A DNA stretch of 64,000 bases from Cytophagales bacterium (GTDB lineage: Bacteria; Bacteroidota; Bacteroidia; Cytophagales; VRUD01): positions 9,717-73,716 of the forward strand of contig VRUD01000001.1 of NCBI GenBank assembly GCA_019456305.1. Reading direction: 5' to 3'. Positions within the stretch are counted from its first letter, which is position 1. Every line of letters begins with the position of its first letter. The translations under genes were made by a program, and so were the position numbers. The notes below the pieces were generated by a model. The model was not told the DNA's origin, searched no databases, and saw only the letters and a list, made by a program, of their open reading frames with translations. Below are positions 1-9,303 of the stretch, one piece after another.

Positions 1-109
1 CATAAGGCCCATTGGTTTGCAGCCATTGGGCATTGGAGTTTATAGTTCCGAGTACAAAAATTAAACTGAGAAGGGAATAGATGGGAAGTTTTTTTATGTT
101 GTGTGCCAT
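1..109 (-). CDS. N-terminus of a secreted protein (partial, continues past left edge)
   Basis: The rc ATG at 107-109 gives MAHNIKKLPIYSLLSLIFVLGTINSNAQWLQTNGPY.., which looks like a signal peptide. It is missing from the ORF track because the window edge truncates it. Confidence 0.35.
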   Translation of the reverse strand, partial: MAHNIKKLPIYSLLSLIFVLGTINSNAQWLQTNGPY

Positions 110-175
110 ACTATTGATAATTATTTGTTTTTGCCTACTCTGTTTTAAGGATTTTCGGCTTGATCCTTTTGGTTG

Positions 176-205
176 CCCTGCACCCCGAGTACTCGGGGTG
201 CGGGG
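176..205. repeat. Hairpin carrying the CCCGAGTACTCGGG core (copy 1)
   Basis: GCACCCCGAGTACTCGGGGTGC is a perfect palindrome at 180-201, and CCC/GGG extends the stem. Confidence 0.8.
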
Positions 206-357
206 TAAAGATACTAAATTTAGTTCCTAAAAATCTAGATTAAAAAGAAAGAAAAGTGATTGTAAATGTTATGATACTTCCTTAATTTAGTTGCCGTAAA
301 AGTAAAAAATTAATAATTACACTAATTTAATTTGTGTAATTCGTGTAATTCGTGGTT

Positions 358-1998
358 TCATTCCCAAATTATTGACTCTTCCTGCTCATACCATGCCTCA
401 TACTTACCTGAATGAATTTTTTCCAGGTCATTTCTTTTAACCTTCATGGTTGGGGTTAATAGTTCGTTTTCGATGGTCCATTCTTCGTTCAGAACAATTA
501 ATTTTTTAATCAATTCATGGTGGTCAAGTCCGGAATTTACCTTTTCCAATGTTTCTTCAAGGCCCTTAGTTATTTCTTCTTTAGGCTTCTTTTTTGCATC
601 TTCAGATAGCACTATCAAGGCGATTGGCTGGGGAATTCCTATACCAACTACGCAAACTTGCTCGATATTAATGTTGGCTGAAAGTTTTGACTCAATAGGG
701 GAGGGAGCAATATATTTACCTTTACTGGTTTTAAATAAATCCTTAACCCTTCCAGTGATCTTCAAAAACCCTTCATCATCTATCTCTCCTTTATCGCCTG
801 TTCTTAAATAACCGTCTGTAAAAGTTTCAGCAGTCATTTCGGGTTCTTTATAATAACCGTCCATCAATGCTTCATGTTTGATCAGTATTTCCCCTTCTTC
901 ACTCAATTTGACGTCACAATAAGGCAAGGGTGCGCCAACATACCCTATCTTTATCTTGTCATTTAAAGATACATGAGAATAACAGGTATTCTCGGTCATA
1001 GCATAAGCTTCCTGTATCCTGATGCCTATTTTTTCAAACCATTTTATTAATGAAACAGGGGTGGGTGCCGCGCCTGTAAAGACATTGGTTGCCTCATTCA
1101 ATCCCAGTCCTGTCCTTATCTTCTTTTTTATAATACCTGACAAAATGGGAATTTTAAGAAATGTATCCAGTTTTTTCTGAGGCAGCTTGTTGAGAACTCC
1201 TTGCTGGAATTTGGTCCAAATTCTTGGCACACCGAGAAACACTGTGGGCTTGGATTCAGCCAGGTTTTTTGCAAATGTGTCTATTGATTCGGCAAAAGAT
1301 ACGGAGCCGCCTGTGTATATGCTGCCCATTTCTACCAATAATCTTTCAGCAATGTGGGCCAGGGGCAGATAGGAGAAAAACCGGGATCCATTTCCCATTC
1401 CCAGATATTTAAATGCATGGCTGCAAGTAAATGCAAAATTGTGAAACTTGTGCATAACGCCCTTAGGCATACCTGTTGTTCCAGATGTATAGATAATCGT
1501 TGCCAATTCGGCTGGGTCTCTTACTACGTTCTCTTTGACCGGCTCCACCTTGGCAGTAAGATCATCCCAGTTGTCGTATTCGGTGTGTGAATAAAAGGGG
1601 TATGTGATGCAATATACATCATCGGGCACGCCCGGTTTCATAGAGGGATAATCGTCTAATTTTCCCACGAACAACACCTTTGTTTCGCTGTGTTCGAGTA
1701 TTTGTCTTACTGAATTGGCTGACAGGTTGGGATACAAGGGAACGGATATATGATCCGCCATCATAATGGCAAGGTCGGAGAGCATCCAATGCACACAGTT
1801 TTTGGATAAAATGCCGATCTTACTTTTTGGAGGCAGGTTCAAGCCCTTCAAGACAGCCGCCATTTTTCTTACTTCTTCACCTGTTTGCTTCCATGTGTAT
1901 TCATGGTAAACATCATCAATAGGCTGGCGCATATATACCTTATCCGGTGTTTCGCTTTCCCATTGGTAAAGCATTTCAAGGGGTGATTTGAGTTCCAT
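358..1998 (-). CDS. fadD: Long-chain acyl-CoA synthetase (AMP-binding family)
   Basis: Contains the AMP-binding signature IIYTSGTTGMPKGV and a C-terminal TGD..DEDGF..GRxKD-like motif (LRTGDKGEIDDEGFLKITGRVKD). I chose the MELKSPLEMLY start at 1996-1998; the longer ORF N-terminus reads through a repeat. Confidence 0.85.
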   Translation of the reverse strand: MELKSPLEMLYQWESETPDKVYMRQPIDDVYHEYTWKQTGEEVRKMAAVLKGLNLPPKSKIGILSKNCVHWMLSDLAIMMADHISVPLYPNLSANSVRQILEHSETKVLFVGKLDDYPSMKPGVPDDVYCITYPFYSHTEYDNWDDLTAKVEPVKENVVRDPAELATIIYTSGTTGMPKGVMHKFHNFAFTCSHAFKYLGMGNGSRFFSYLPLAHIAERLLVEMGSIYTGGSVSFAESIDTFAKNLAESKPTVFLGVPRIWTKFQQGVLNKLPQKKLDTFLKIPILSGIIKKKIRTGLGLNEATNVFTGAAPTPVSLIKWFEKIGIRIQEAYAMTENTCYSHVSLNDKIKIGYVGAPLPYCDVKLSEEGEILIKHEALMDGYYKEPEMTAETFTDGYLRTGDKGEIDDEGFLKITGRVKDLFKTSKGKYIAPSPIESKLSANINIEQVCVVGIGIPQPIALIVLSEDAKKKPKEEITKGLEETLEKVNSGLDHHELIKKLIVLNEEWTIENELLTPTMKVKRNDLEKIHSGKYEAWYEQEESIIWE

Positions 1999-2065
1999 TA
2001 TTATTGAGATTAATTTATTAAGAGTAATTTTGTGCAAAAATATGATTAATTTATCTAATAAAAAA

Positions 2066-2218
2066 TGAGTCCACTCCAAAAAGTCAATTTTCGCCACAAA
2101 AGCACAAAAACACAAAATCCCACAAAAGTTATTTGATTGATTTTCAATGTTTTGTGGGATTTAGTGCTTTGGTGTTTTAGTGGCATTTTTTCTTTTTTAA
2201 CTTTTTGGAGTGGACTCA
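2066..2218. repeat. 153-bp imperfect hairpin of the GTG-N5 periodic / GTGGCA-ended family
   Basis: Left arm is TGAGTCCACTCCAAAAAG..GCCACAAAAGCACAAAAACACAAAATCCCACAAAAG. Right arm is its imperfect reverse complement and ends ..GGAGTGGACTCA. The 41 nt at 2150-2190 are identical to 46719-46759. Confidence 0.8.
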
Positions 2219-2227
2219 AAAATGTAT

Positions 2228-4333
2228 TTACAAACTTCTACCCAGATACTTCACAATCAAAAAAAGCATAACGAATCCTAATAAGTAATTAAAGTACCAT
2301 GGAATGCCCATATTCACAAACACCGCACAAACCAATAAGCTTACCACAGCCACAGTGATTGCATAAGGCAATTGCGTTCTCACATGATCTACATGATTAC
2401 AATTGGTTGCTAATGAGCTCAGGATGGTTGTGTCAGAAATGGGCGAGCAGTGGTCACCAAATACCGAACCGGCCAGCACTACGGAAATAACATTATAGAA
2501 TATCGGCATTGATTGCCCGGTTTCAAAACCACTTTGCTGGCATAATAGCCAGGTAGCGGGAAGCATCAAAGGGTATAAAATTGCCATCGTGCCCCAGCTT
2601 GATCCGGTTGAAAATGAGATCAGCGCTGCCAGGATAAAAACTACAGTGGGCATCCATACGGGAGAAATAGCACCGCTGAACAAGGAAGTAAGAAAATCGG
2701 CTGTATGCAGATCCCCGGTTATTTTTGCCAGCGACCATGCCAGGATCAGGATCAGTACTGCAGGAAGCATGGTTTTGAAACCAAATACTAATGTATCCAT
2801 TATTTTTCTTAGCGGCATGATCCTTTGAATGACGGTTAACAGAATGGCTAAAACGACACCTGATAATGACGCCCAGAGCAAAGCCACATAAGCATCAGCA
2901 TTGCCGATAATGATCCCGAGTTTCCTGAAAAATGCTACATCCTGTCCGTTGTTAAGATGGTAAAGGTTTTCCCATACATTCATAAAGGAATAATCCTGTA
3001 TGACAATTCCGGCCTCCAATAAATTATCAAAAGATTTGTGAGCGCCTGTAACCAAAAGCGCTGCTATTGTTACTAAGACTACTGATATAACGGGAATAAA
3101 TGCATTGTACCACTTTTGTTTTACACCCTCGACAGGGTCCAAATCTTTAAGTGATTCATTATTTTCGAATTTCGAATTTCGAGTTTCGAGTTTCGAGTTT
3201 CGAGTTTCGAATTTCGAATTTCGAGTTTCGAATTTCGAGTTTCGAATTTTGAGTTTCGTCCCGAGTACTCGGGATCGAATTTCAGCCTTATACATTGACC
3301 CGAAATCCTTTTTAAAGTATATCAAAAAGAACATAAATACCAGTGTGAAAATGGGATAGAAAGCATATTGCAGCGAATTCAAAAACATTGAATAAGCATT
3401 TTCATTGATCCTTAAGTTAACCGAAGCATCCTGGATATAACCAAGCTCAGCTCCGATCCAGGTGGTAATAAATGCGATAGCAGCTACAGGCGCTGCAGTA
3501 CTATCCACTATATAAGCAAGCTTTTCTCTGGATATCTTGAACTTATCTGTTACCGGGCGCATGGTGTTGCCAACGATAAGTGTATTGGCGTAATCGTCAA
3601 AGAAAATAGCAATGCCCAGAAACCAGGTAATAAATTGCGCACTTCTGGCAGACTTTGCGTATTTTGATAATTTGTCAACAACTCCTGCCATCCCTCCGTT
3701 TTTGGAAATGATCGCTACCATGCCGCCAATCAATGTTGAAAATAAAATTACCGACAAATGCCCTGTGTCCATCATTGCGTTAATGATATAATTATCAAGC
3801 ACGTTGTACATGGCTGGGATCCAGTTTTTAGGATGAAAGCCAAGTAATATAAGCGCTCCTGAAAATATACCCAGGAAAAGCGACACCAACACCTCTCTGA
3901 ATATCAGCGCCATGGCAATGGCAATAAGCGGAGGCAGAATGCTGAGCCAGGCAGGGATATGTCTGATTTTGAAAAATTTAGCTATTCCGGAGTCCGTGTC
4001 CTTTACCGTTATTTTCTTTGATCCGTCAATTATGACAGGTGCAATGCCCATCCCTTCTTTAAACAGGATGATCTTGTTTTTACCATCAAACTGAAATACA
4101 AATTTTCCTTTAATAGACCTGTCTCTGTTGTCGTTCCTGTCTAAAGCGGTTATTTTTACATCTACATTTTTCCTGAACACATATTCGGGCGCTTCTATTA
4201 CAAAGTTTTTGATCCTGAGGGCTTGGACAGAAATACTGTATGTATCTTTGTTTTGCCGGGTAATTTTGATATTTTGTGCACAGGTAAAAATTGAGCATAA
4301 TAACAGCAGGCTTATCAATTGTACCTTTTTCAT
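2228..4333 (-). CDS. NhaC-family Na+/H+ antiporter with an N-terminal extracytoplasmic domain
   Basis: Many TM segments plus the NhaC-type block YANTLIVGNTMRPVTDKFKISREKLAYIVDSTAAPVAA. Start is MKKVQLISLLLLCSIFTCAQ (4331-4333), or 12 nt upstream at 4345. The central loop carries a repeat insertion. Confidence 0.75.
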   Translation of the reverse strand: MKKVQLISLLLLCSIFTCAQNIKITRQNKDTYSISVQALRIKNFVIEAPEYVFRKNVDVKITALDRNDNRDRSIKGKFVFQFDGKNKIILFKEGMGIAPVIIDGSKKITVKDTDSGIAKFFKIRHIPAWLSILPPLIAIAMALIFREVLVSLFLGIFSGALILLGFHPKNWIPAMYNVLDNYIINAMMDTGHLSVILFSTLIGGMVAIISKNGGMAGVVDKLSKYAKSARSAQFITWFLGIAIFFDDYANTLIVGNTMRPVTDKFKISREKLAYIVDSTAAPVAAIAFITTWIGAELGYIQDASVNLRINENAYSMFLNSLQYAFYPIFTLVFMFFLIYFKKDFGSMYKAEIRSRVLGTKLKIRNSKFETRNSKFETRNSKLETRNSKFENNESLKDLDPVEGVKQKWYNAFIPVISVVLVTIAALLVTGAHKSFDNLLEAGIVIQDYSFMNVWENLYHLNNGQDVAFFRKLGIIIGNADAYVALLWASLSGVVLAILLTVIQRIMPLRKIMDTLVFGFKTMLPAVLILILAWSLAKITGDLHTADFLTSLFSGAISPVWMPTVVFILAALISFSTGSSWGTMAILYPLMLPATWLLCQQSGFETGQSMPIFYNVISVVLAGSVFGDHCSPISDTTILSSLATNCNHVDHVRTQLPYAITVAVVSLLVCAVFVNMGIPWYFNYLLGFVMLFLIVKYLGRSL
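3165..3285. repeat. Heptamer array (TCGAATT/TCGAGTT)n plus CCCGAGTACTCGGG core, inside the NhaC ORF
   Basis: About 13 tandem 7-mers at 3165-3258 followed by TCCCGAGTACTCGGGA at 3259-3274. On the - strand this translates as ..EIRSRVLGTKLKIRNSKFETRNSKFETRNSKLETRNSKFE.. with no stop codon. Confidence 0.85.
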
Positions 4334-4540
4334 ATTAAAAGTCATTTAATAATTTGGTGCGGGGTAAAATTATTCTTTTTTTGAAAGATTACTATATTAA
4401 TGTTGAGACAATTTACTACCTTTGATAGCTACATAAAAATAAGAGTTGGCAGCGGCAGCAGCAGGAGGCAGGACTGCCAACTGCCGCTGCCTACTGCTGC
4501 TTGTTTGTTTTGTTGTCATTTGTGTAGCTATTTTCCTACA

Positions 4541-7195
4541 ATGAAAAAACCACTTATCATATTCTTATTAATTTTATCGGGACTGCCTGCTGCCGGCTTA
4601 TTTTCTCAAACCCCTCCCGACAAATCGGGATCTCCGCTGCGCTCCGAAAAGATTGACAGCCTCCTGCAGGTCTTAAAAAATGCCAAAGAAGACACCACTA
4701 AAATAAAAACCCTCATTAATAAAGAGATTGGTAATAAGCAGGGCATTGCAGTTTCAAACATCAATATTGGAGTGATTTATACCGAGCAAAAGCAGTATGA
4801 TAAAGCGATAGAACGAATTAGTGAAGGTTTAAAACTGGCAAAAAACATTGGCCATAAAGAATGGATGCAGCTTGCTTATAAGAGTTTTACAGATTTGTAT
4901 GTAAAACAGAAGAATCATAAAAAAGCTTTAGAGTATCACCAACTTTATGTGCAGACAAAAGACAGCCTCTTCAACGAAGAAAAATCCAAAGACATAGGCA
5001 GGGTGGAAGCAAGGCACGAGACAGAAATGCAGATGATGGAAGAGCAGGCAAAGGTGAAGGCTGAAGCGGATAAGATAGAAAAGGAAAAAAAACGCAGGAA
5101 TTACTGGCAGTATTCGGCTATTTTTATCGTATTTGTTATTTTGTTTTTGAGTTTATTCCTGCTGACAAGGTTTCATATTCCCATAACTGTTGCAGAAGGG
5201 ATCATTTTCACTGTATTTCTGCTGTTTTTTGAGTTTATCCTGGTATTGGCTGAGCCATGGATAGAAGCTATCTCACACGGAGAACCGGCTATTATCCTTG
5301 CATGCAATGCAGCGCTTGCAGGAATGATTTTTCCCTTTCACAGTTTCTTTGAAGCTAAGGTGAAAGAAAGGATAGTAAAACAGTCGGCAGTTGGCAATAG
5401 GCAGTTGGCAAAAAGAAAATCCAATATTACAAAACTTACCATGTTGTTGATGATTGCCTTTACTAATAGCTTTTACAGCTATTCTCCTACTTACACAGAG
5501 TCGAACTTTTCTAAACCTATGAAGTTTAGGAAAGTTATTGTTAAGGGAGCGCTTAGTTTTTCCAATTCAGATAATCAAGCAAAAACCCAATTCGTAAATC
5601 GTAAGTCTGAAATCGTAAATCCTACCATTGATTCTCTTGAAAATATGCTCAAAGCCCTTTCTGTTGGTGAGGGACGGGGCAAAAATGAAATTTCCAGATT
5701 AAAAATTCTAACCCGACTCATCCTGGAATACGAATTAACTGACCCTAATAAAGCCTTGCAATACGGAATGGAGGGTTTGGCTTTAGCAAAGCGTATGGCA
5801 AATTTGCCTGATGCATTTTTAGCAAAAGAAGGTAAAATAGGTGTAGCATCTTGTTTAAATAATATGGGGCTGGTTCATCAGGCACAAGGCAGCTACCAAA
5901 AAGCTACGGATCAATTCCTCTATTCATTAAAAATTAAAAAAGAATTATTTAACTCCCTCCCTACTGGTAAGGACAGTGAATGGATTAAACATGGAATTGC
6001 CAACAGCTTAATCAATCTCGGAGAAGTAAACAGACTTCAGGGAAATTACGACAAAGCCATTGATTATGATCTGCAATCTTTACAAAATTATGAGCAGTTA
6101 AAAGAATCATCTTTCAAAGCTCTGGCAAGGTCTGGCCAAATAGGGATTTCAAATTGTTGGAATAATATTGCTATAATTTATTATTACCAGCGTAACTATG
6201 AAAAAACCCTGGATTATTTCTTTCAATCTATAAAAATTAAAGAGAAACTAGGCAATAAAAGATTAATTGCAGAAAATTTAGGTAATATAGGGGTTATTTA
6301 TAAAATTCAGGGTAAAATTGAAAAAGCAATGAAGTATTATATGAAATGTTTAACACTAAGAAAGCAATTGGGATCAACTGGAGGATTTTCCAGCATTTTG
6401 ATTAATATCGCAAATATTTATACCATGCAGGGTAAATATAAAAAAGCCCTAAACTACCACTTTCAGGCATTGAAAATTACTCAACAGTTAGGTTATAAAG
6501 ATCAATCTGCTTTATGTCTGGATAATATTGGGGATATATATTCAAAGCAAAAGTATTATAAAAAGGCCATCTTATACTTTCACAAAGGTATAAATATTGC
6601 AAAGGAGATTGGATCTAAAATAGTACTCATGGATAGCTATAAACACCTTTCTAATACGTATGCCCAACTGGTAGAACACCCTCTTGCTCCTATTACCAGG
6701 GCAGTTGCTTACAAGCAAGCTTTTGAATACCACAAATTATATGCAGCTATTAAAGACAGCCTGTTTAATGAAGAAAAATCAAAAGAGATCGGCAGGTTGG
6801 AAGAGCACTACCTGATAGAAAAGAAAATAGCGAAAGAAAAAGCTAAAGCCAAAGTAGAGGCGGTGATAAAATCCGAAAAAAAAGCGCAAAGGCATAGACT
6901 TCAATTTATGGGCAGCTTTATTGTCATTGTAGCATTGTTAATAGTTGTATTCACACTTGCCGGGGTTTATATTCCGATTGGTTTTGCAAAAATACTGATT
7001 TTCATTATCTTCGTGCTGTTATTTGAATTTATCCTGGTGTTGTTAGACCCAATGGTAGATGAATTTTCCGGTGGAGCACCGGCAATAAAGCTTGCTTTCA
7101 ATGCCATGGTGGCAGGGATGATGTATCCTTTACACAGGTTTCTTGAGTCTAAACTTAAAAGTATGATATTAAAAAAGAAAACGAAGAGAACATAA
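4541..7195 (+). CDS. TPR-repeat membrane protein; apparent fusion of two tandem paralogous units
   Basis: MKKPLIIFLLILSGLPAAGLFSQ is a signal-like start at 4541. The block TPR - DSLFNEEKSK(D/E)IGR coiled coil - 3 TM with LLFFEFILVL occurs twice (about 4541-5380 and about 5640-7195). The 4400 start of the track ORF reads through an upstream hairpin. Confidence 0.6.
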   Translation: MKKPLIIFLLILSGLPAAGLFSQTPPDKSGSPLRSEKIDSLLQVLKNAKEDTTKIKTLINKEIGNKQGIAVSNINIGVIYTEQKQYDKAIERISEGLKLAKNIGHKEWMQLAYKSFTDLYVKQKNHKKALEYHQLYVQTKDSLFNEEKSKDIGRVEARHETEMQMMEEQAKVKAEADKIEKEKKRRNYWQYSAIFIVFVILFLSLFLLTRFHIPITVAEGIIFTVFLLFFEFILVLAEPWIEAISHGEPAIILACNAALAGMIFPFHSFFEAKVKERIVKQSAVGNRQLAKRKSNITKLTMLLMIAFTNSFYSYSPTYTESNFSKPMKFRKVIVKGALSFSNSDNQAKTQFVNRKSEIVNPTIDSLENMLKALSVGEGRGKNEISRLKILTRLILEYELTDPNKALQYGMEGLALAKRMANLPDAFLAKEGKIGVASCLNNMGLVHQAQGSYQKATDQFLYSLKIKKELFNSLPTGKDSEWIKHGIANSLINLGEVNRLQGNYDKAIDYDLQSLQNYEQLKESSFKALARSGQIGISNCWNNIAIIYYYQRNYEKTLDYFFQSIKIKEKLGNKRLIAENLGNIGVIYKIQGKIEKAMKYYMKCLTLRKQLGSTGGFSSILINIANIYTMQGKYKKALNYHFQALKITQQLGYKDQSALCLDNIGDIYSKQKYYKKAILYFHKGINIAKEIGSKIVLMDSYKHLSNTYAQLVEHPLAPITRAVAYKQAFEYHKLYAAIKDSLFNEEKSKEIGRLEEHYLIEKKIAKEKAKAKVEAVIKSEKKAQRHRLQFMGSFIVIVALLIVVFTLAGVYIPIGFAKILIFIIFVLLFEFILVLLDPMVDEFSGGAPAIKLAFNAMVAGMMYPLHRFLESKLKSMILKKKTKRT

Positions 7196-7201
7196 CTTTG
7201 T

Positions 7202-7221
7202 AATCCGATAGCTATCGGATT
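7202..7221 (+). terminator. Perfect 20-bp palindrome just after the TPR gene stop
   Basis: AATCCGATAGCTATCGGATT begins 7 nt after the stop at 7195. Confidence 0.45.
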
Positions 7222-7430
7222 GATTTAAAAATTATTATGGATGTTATTTTTTGGATAAAATTGATCGCTTTCTGGGCATTTGCTCTTGTTTTCTGTTTAT
7301 TATTTGCCCCGGAAGGTGATACACTTATATTTGGAAATAAGCTAAAACGTGGGACAGTAATTAAAATTATGTATTTATTCTTTTGGATTCTCTCAAGCTT
7401 GTTAATTCTTTGGGGCGTCATATAAATATA

Positions 7431-7742
7431 GTTGGCAATCGGCAATCGGCAGTCGGCAGTCCACAATCGACAGTCCACAGTCGGCAGTTGGCAGTTGGCA
7501 GTCCACAGTCCACAATCGGCAGTTGGCAGTCCATCCCGAGTACTCGGGAGCAGTCGGCAATTGTTTTTTGCCGACTGGGGACTGCCGACTGCCGATTGAT
7601 TAAGTTAAGTTTCTAAATCCAGTTGCCATATTGTTTTAATGGTTTGATTGTTATTTTCTTTTTTGTCGACTGTGGACTGCCGACTGCCGACTGATTTTTT
7701 TGCCGACTGGAGACTGTAGATTGCCGACTGCCGACTGCCAAC
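7431..7742. repeat. ~310-bp foldback built from GGCAGTC/GGCAGTT/CCACAGT heptamers around a CCCGAGTACTCGGG core
   Basis: 7431-7533 holds heptamers in GGCAGTY orientation and the core is at 7534-7549. 7570-7606 and 7664-7742 hold the complementary words (CCGACTG, GACTGCC). It lies between convergent genes. Confidence 0.8.
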
Positions 7743-7745
7743 TTT

Positions 7746-9296
7746 TTATTCACTTATTCCCTTTCCCGGGAGTGCAGCAATTATTCTATTGGCCATCTTC
7801 TGTATATTATCACCGATGATCCGTTGGATGTTATTTGAGTTTGAGTTATAGAAGATCTTTATTTTGCTGCCTGCAATTTGTTTGCCCTCCCTGTTATAAA
7901 TGGAGTAATGAACTATAAAATCCCGTTCATAATCCTGCCTCGTCCTGTCTAAACAATGCTCATAATTGGTATTTACTTCAAATTGAGTAACGAAGATATA
8001 ATATCCCAGGTCGTATTTTTTGTTGAAGTATTCAAAAAATTTAGGGTCTTTGATCTTTGCTCCAAAATATTTATTTTCAAACTTCATCTTGCCAAACCTG
8101 CCTGAAAAAGGAGATTCAGGGCTTTTTTTTAATTTTCTTTTCACTGTTTCGAGAGATACAGGCAAAGCCTTTTCTTTTGGAGGGGCATAATTATCTACAT
8201 AATCCGGTTCATTGACCAAATCCTGGTAATTATAAGTTAACGACCTGTATATTTTATTCAGATCAGTTACCGAATCTTCAATGGAGCCTCCCATAAGATG
8301 CACGGTTTCATAATCAGGGGACTGGATCATTGTATTTAAGTTTTTACGGAAAACCTGCCTTACTTTAGTTCTTGGAATACCAGATGCAGCAGCGATCTCA
8401 TCATCAGCATCGGAAAAATATAAATAAGGGTCAAAAGGTACGACTAAAACTTTTTTCTGGGTTCCGGGAACTGGGTTCTTGTCGGAGCGAAGCATAGATC
8501 CCCCCGAGTACTCGGGGGGGGTATTGGTTTCTGGGTACTGATCATCTATTCCCTCTATTTCCCCTTTTACTTCTATTTCCGTATTTACTTCTTTTTCCTC
8601 TATTTCCTCTACATCCTCTACTTCCTTTACTTCCTTTATTTCCTTTACTTTCTTCATATCTTCTTTTTTGCGTGACTTTATATATTCCTTTGCTAACACT
8701 TTTTCCACTGTTTCAACTTCACCCTTTGCCTTATATCCAACAATAAGTTTCTGGCCTGCTTTTATATGCAGGTCATTCAATCCCATTAATTGATCAAGAG
8801 ATATATTGTATTTTTTTGATAAACTCCAAAGGGTCTCTCCTGGTTTTACAATATGAATTATAGCTTCTTTGAATGTTTGTTTTTCTACCAGTATTGTAGG
8901 TTGATGTTCTCCGGTTTCCACGATATGTATGATAATACCTTTTTCAGAAATTCCGGATCTTTTGATGACATCAGGATGATATGGAATGTTGATGACCTGC
9001 CCTGTTTTCAAACCGTTTTCCAATGCAGGATTAATTTCCAGTAGCCCGGCAATGGGTACGCCATGTTTTGTAGAAATTCCATAGATGGTCTCACCGGCAG
9101 AAACCAGGTATATGAGATGGAGCTTGCCTTTGATCTTCTGGACACCGATCGAATCGCAGGAAGGATATGGGGAAATAGAGGAATAGGGAAATAAGGATTT
9201 CGAGTTTCGAGTTAAGGGTATAAGAGTATGTGTTATAGCAGAATAAACTATTGAACTAAAAAAAAACAATAGAAAAATAACAGAATTGTATTTCAT
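7746..9296 (-). CDS. LysM-domain protein (2 LysM) with an acidic KE-rich linker and an unknown C-terminal domain
   Basis: Two LysM-like blocks: YLVSAGETIYGISTKHGVPIAGLLEINPAL..GQVINIP and HIVKPGETLWSLSKKYNISLDQLMGLNDL..GQKLIV. It has an N-terminal signal sequence. Confidence 0.7.
   Translation of the reverse strand: MKYNSVIFLLFFFSSIVYSAITHTLIPLTRNSKSLFPYSSISPYPSCDSIGVQKIKGKLHLIYLVSAGETIYGISTKHGVPIAGLLEINPALENGLKTGQVINIPYHPDVIKRSGISEKGIIIHIVETGEHQPTILVEKQTFKEAIIHIVKPGETLWSLSKKYNISLDQLMGLNDLHIKAGQKLIVGYKAKGEVETVEKVLAKEYIKSRKKEDMKKVKEIKEVKEVEDVEEIEEKEVNTEIEVKGEIEGIDDQYPETNTPPEYSGGSMLRSDKNPVPGTQKKVLVVPFDPYLYFSDADDEIAAASGIPRTKVRQVFRKNLNTMIQSPDYETVHLMGGSIEDSVTDLNKIYRSLTYNYQDLVNEPDYVDNYAPPKEKALPVSLETVKRKLKKSPESPFSGRFGKMKFENKYFGAKIKDPKFFEYFNKKYDLGYYIFVTQFEVNTNYEHCLDRTRQDYERDFIVHYSIYNREGKQIAGSKIKIFYNSNSNNIQRIIGDNIQKMANRIIAALPGKGISE
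8500..8519. repeat. CCCCCCGAGTACTCGGGGGG palindrome inside the LysM ORF
   Basis: Perfect 20-bp palindrome, translated in frame as ..PPEYSGGS.. Confidence 0.8.
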
Positions 9297-9303
9297 TGTT
9301 ACT

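Noticed and set aside
3165-3258. The tandem heptamer arrays (also at 7431-7533 and 52461-52500) could superficially suggest a CRISPR or other spacer-containing array.
   Set aside because: The units are 7-9 nt and directly abutting. There are no unique spacers and no cas genes, so they are microsatellite-like arms of hairpin elements.
4400-4540. N-terminal extension of the TPR ORF (MLRQFTTFDS...).
   Set aside because: The extension reads through a GGCAGC-word hairpin (4446-4496). A canonical signal peptide begins at the ATG at 4541.
7212-7616. Track ORFs 7212-7478 (-), 7237-7425 (+) and 7383-7616 (+).
   Set aside because: Their translations are low-complexity readouts of the GGCAGTC heptamers (SAVGSPQSTV...). 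They have no start context and lie in a foldback between convergent genes.
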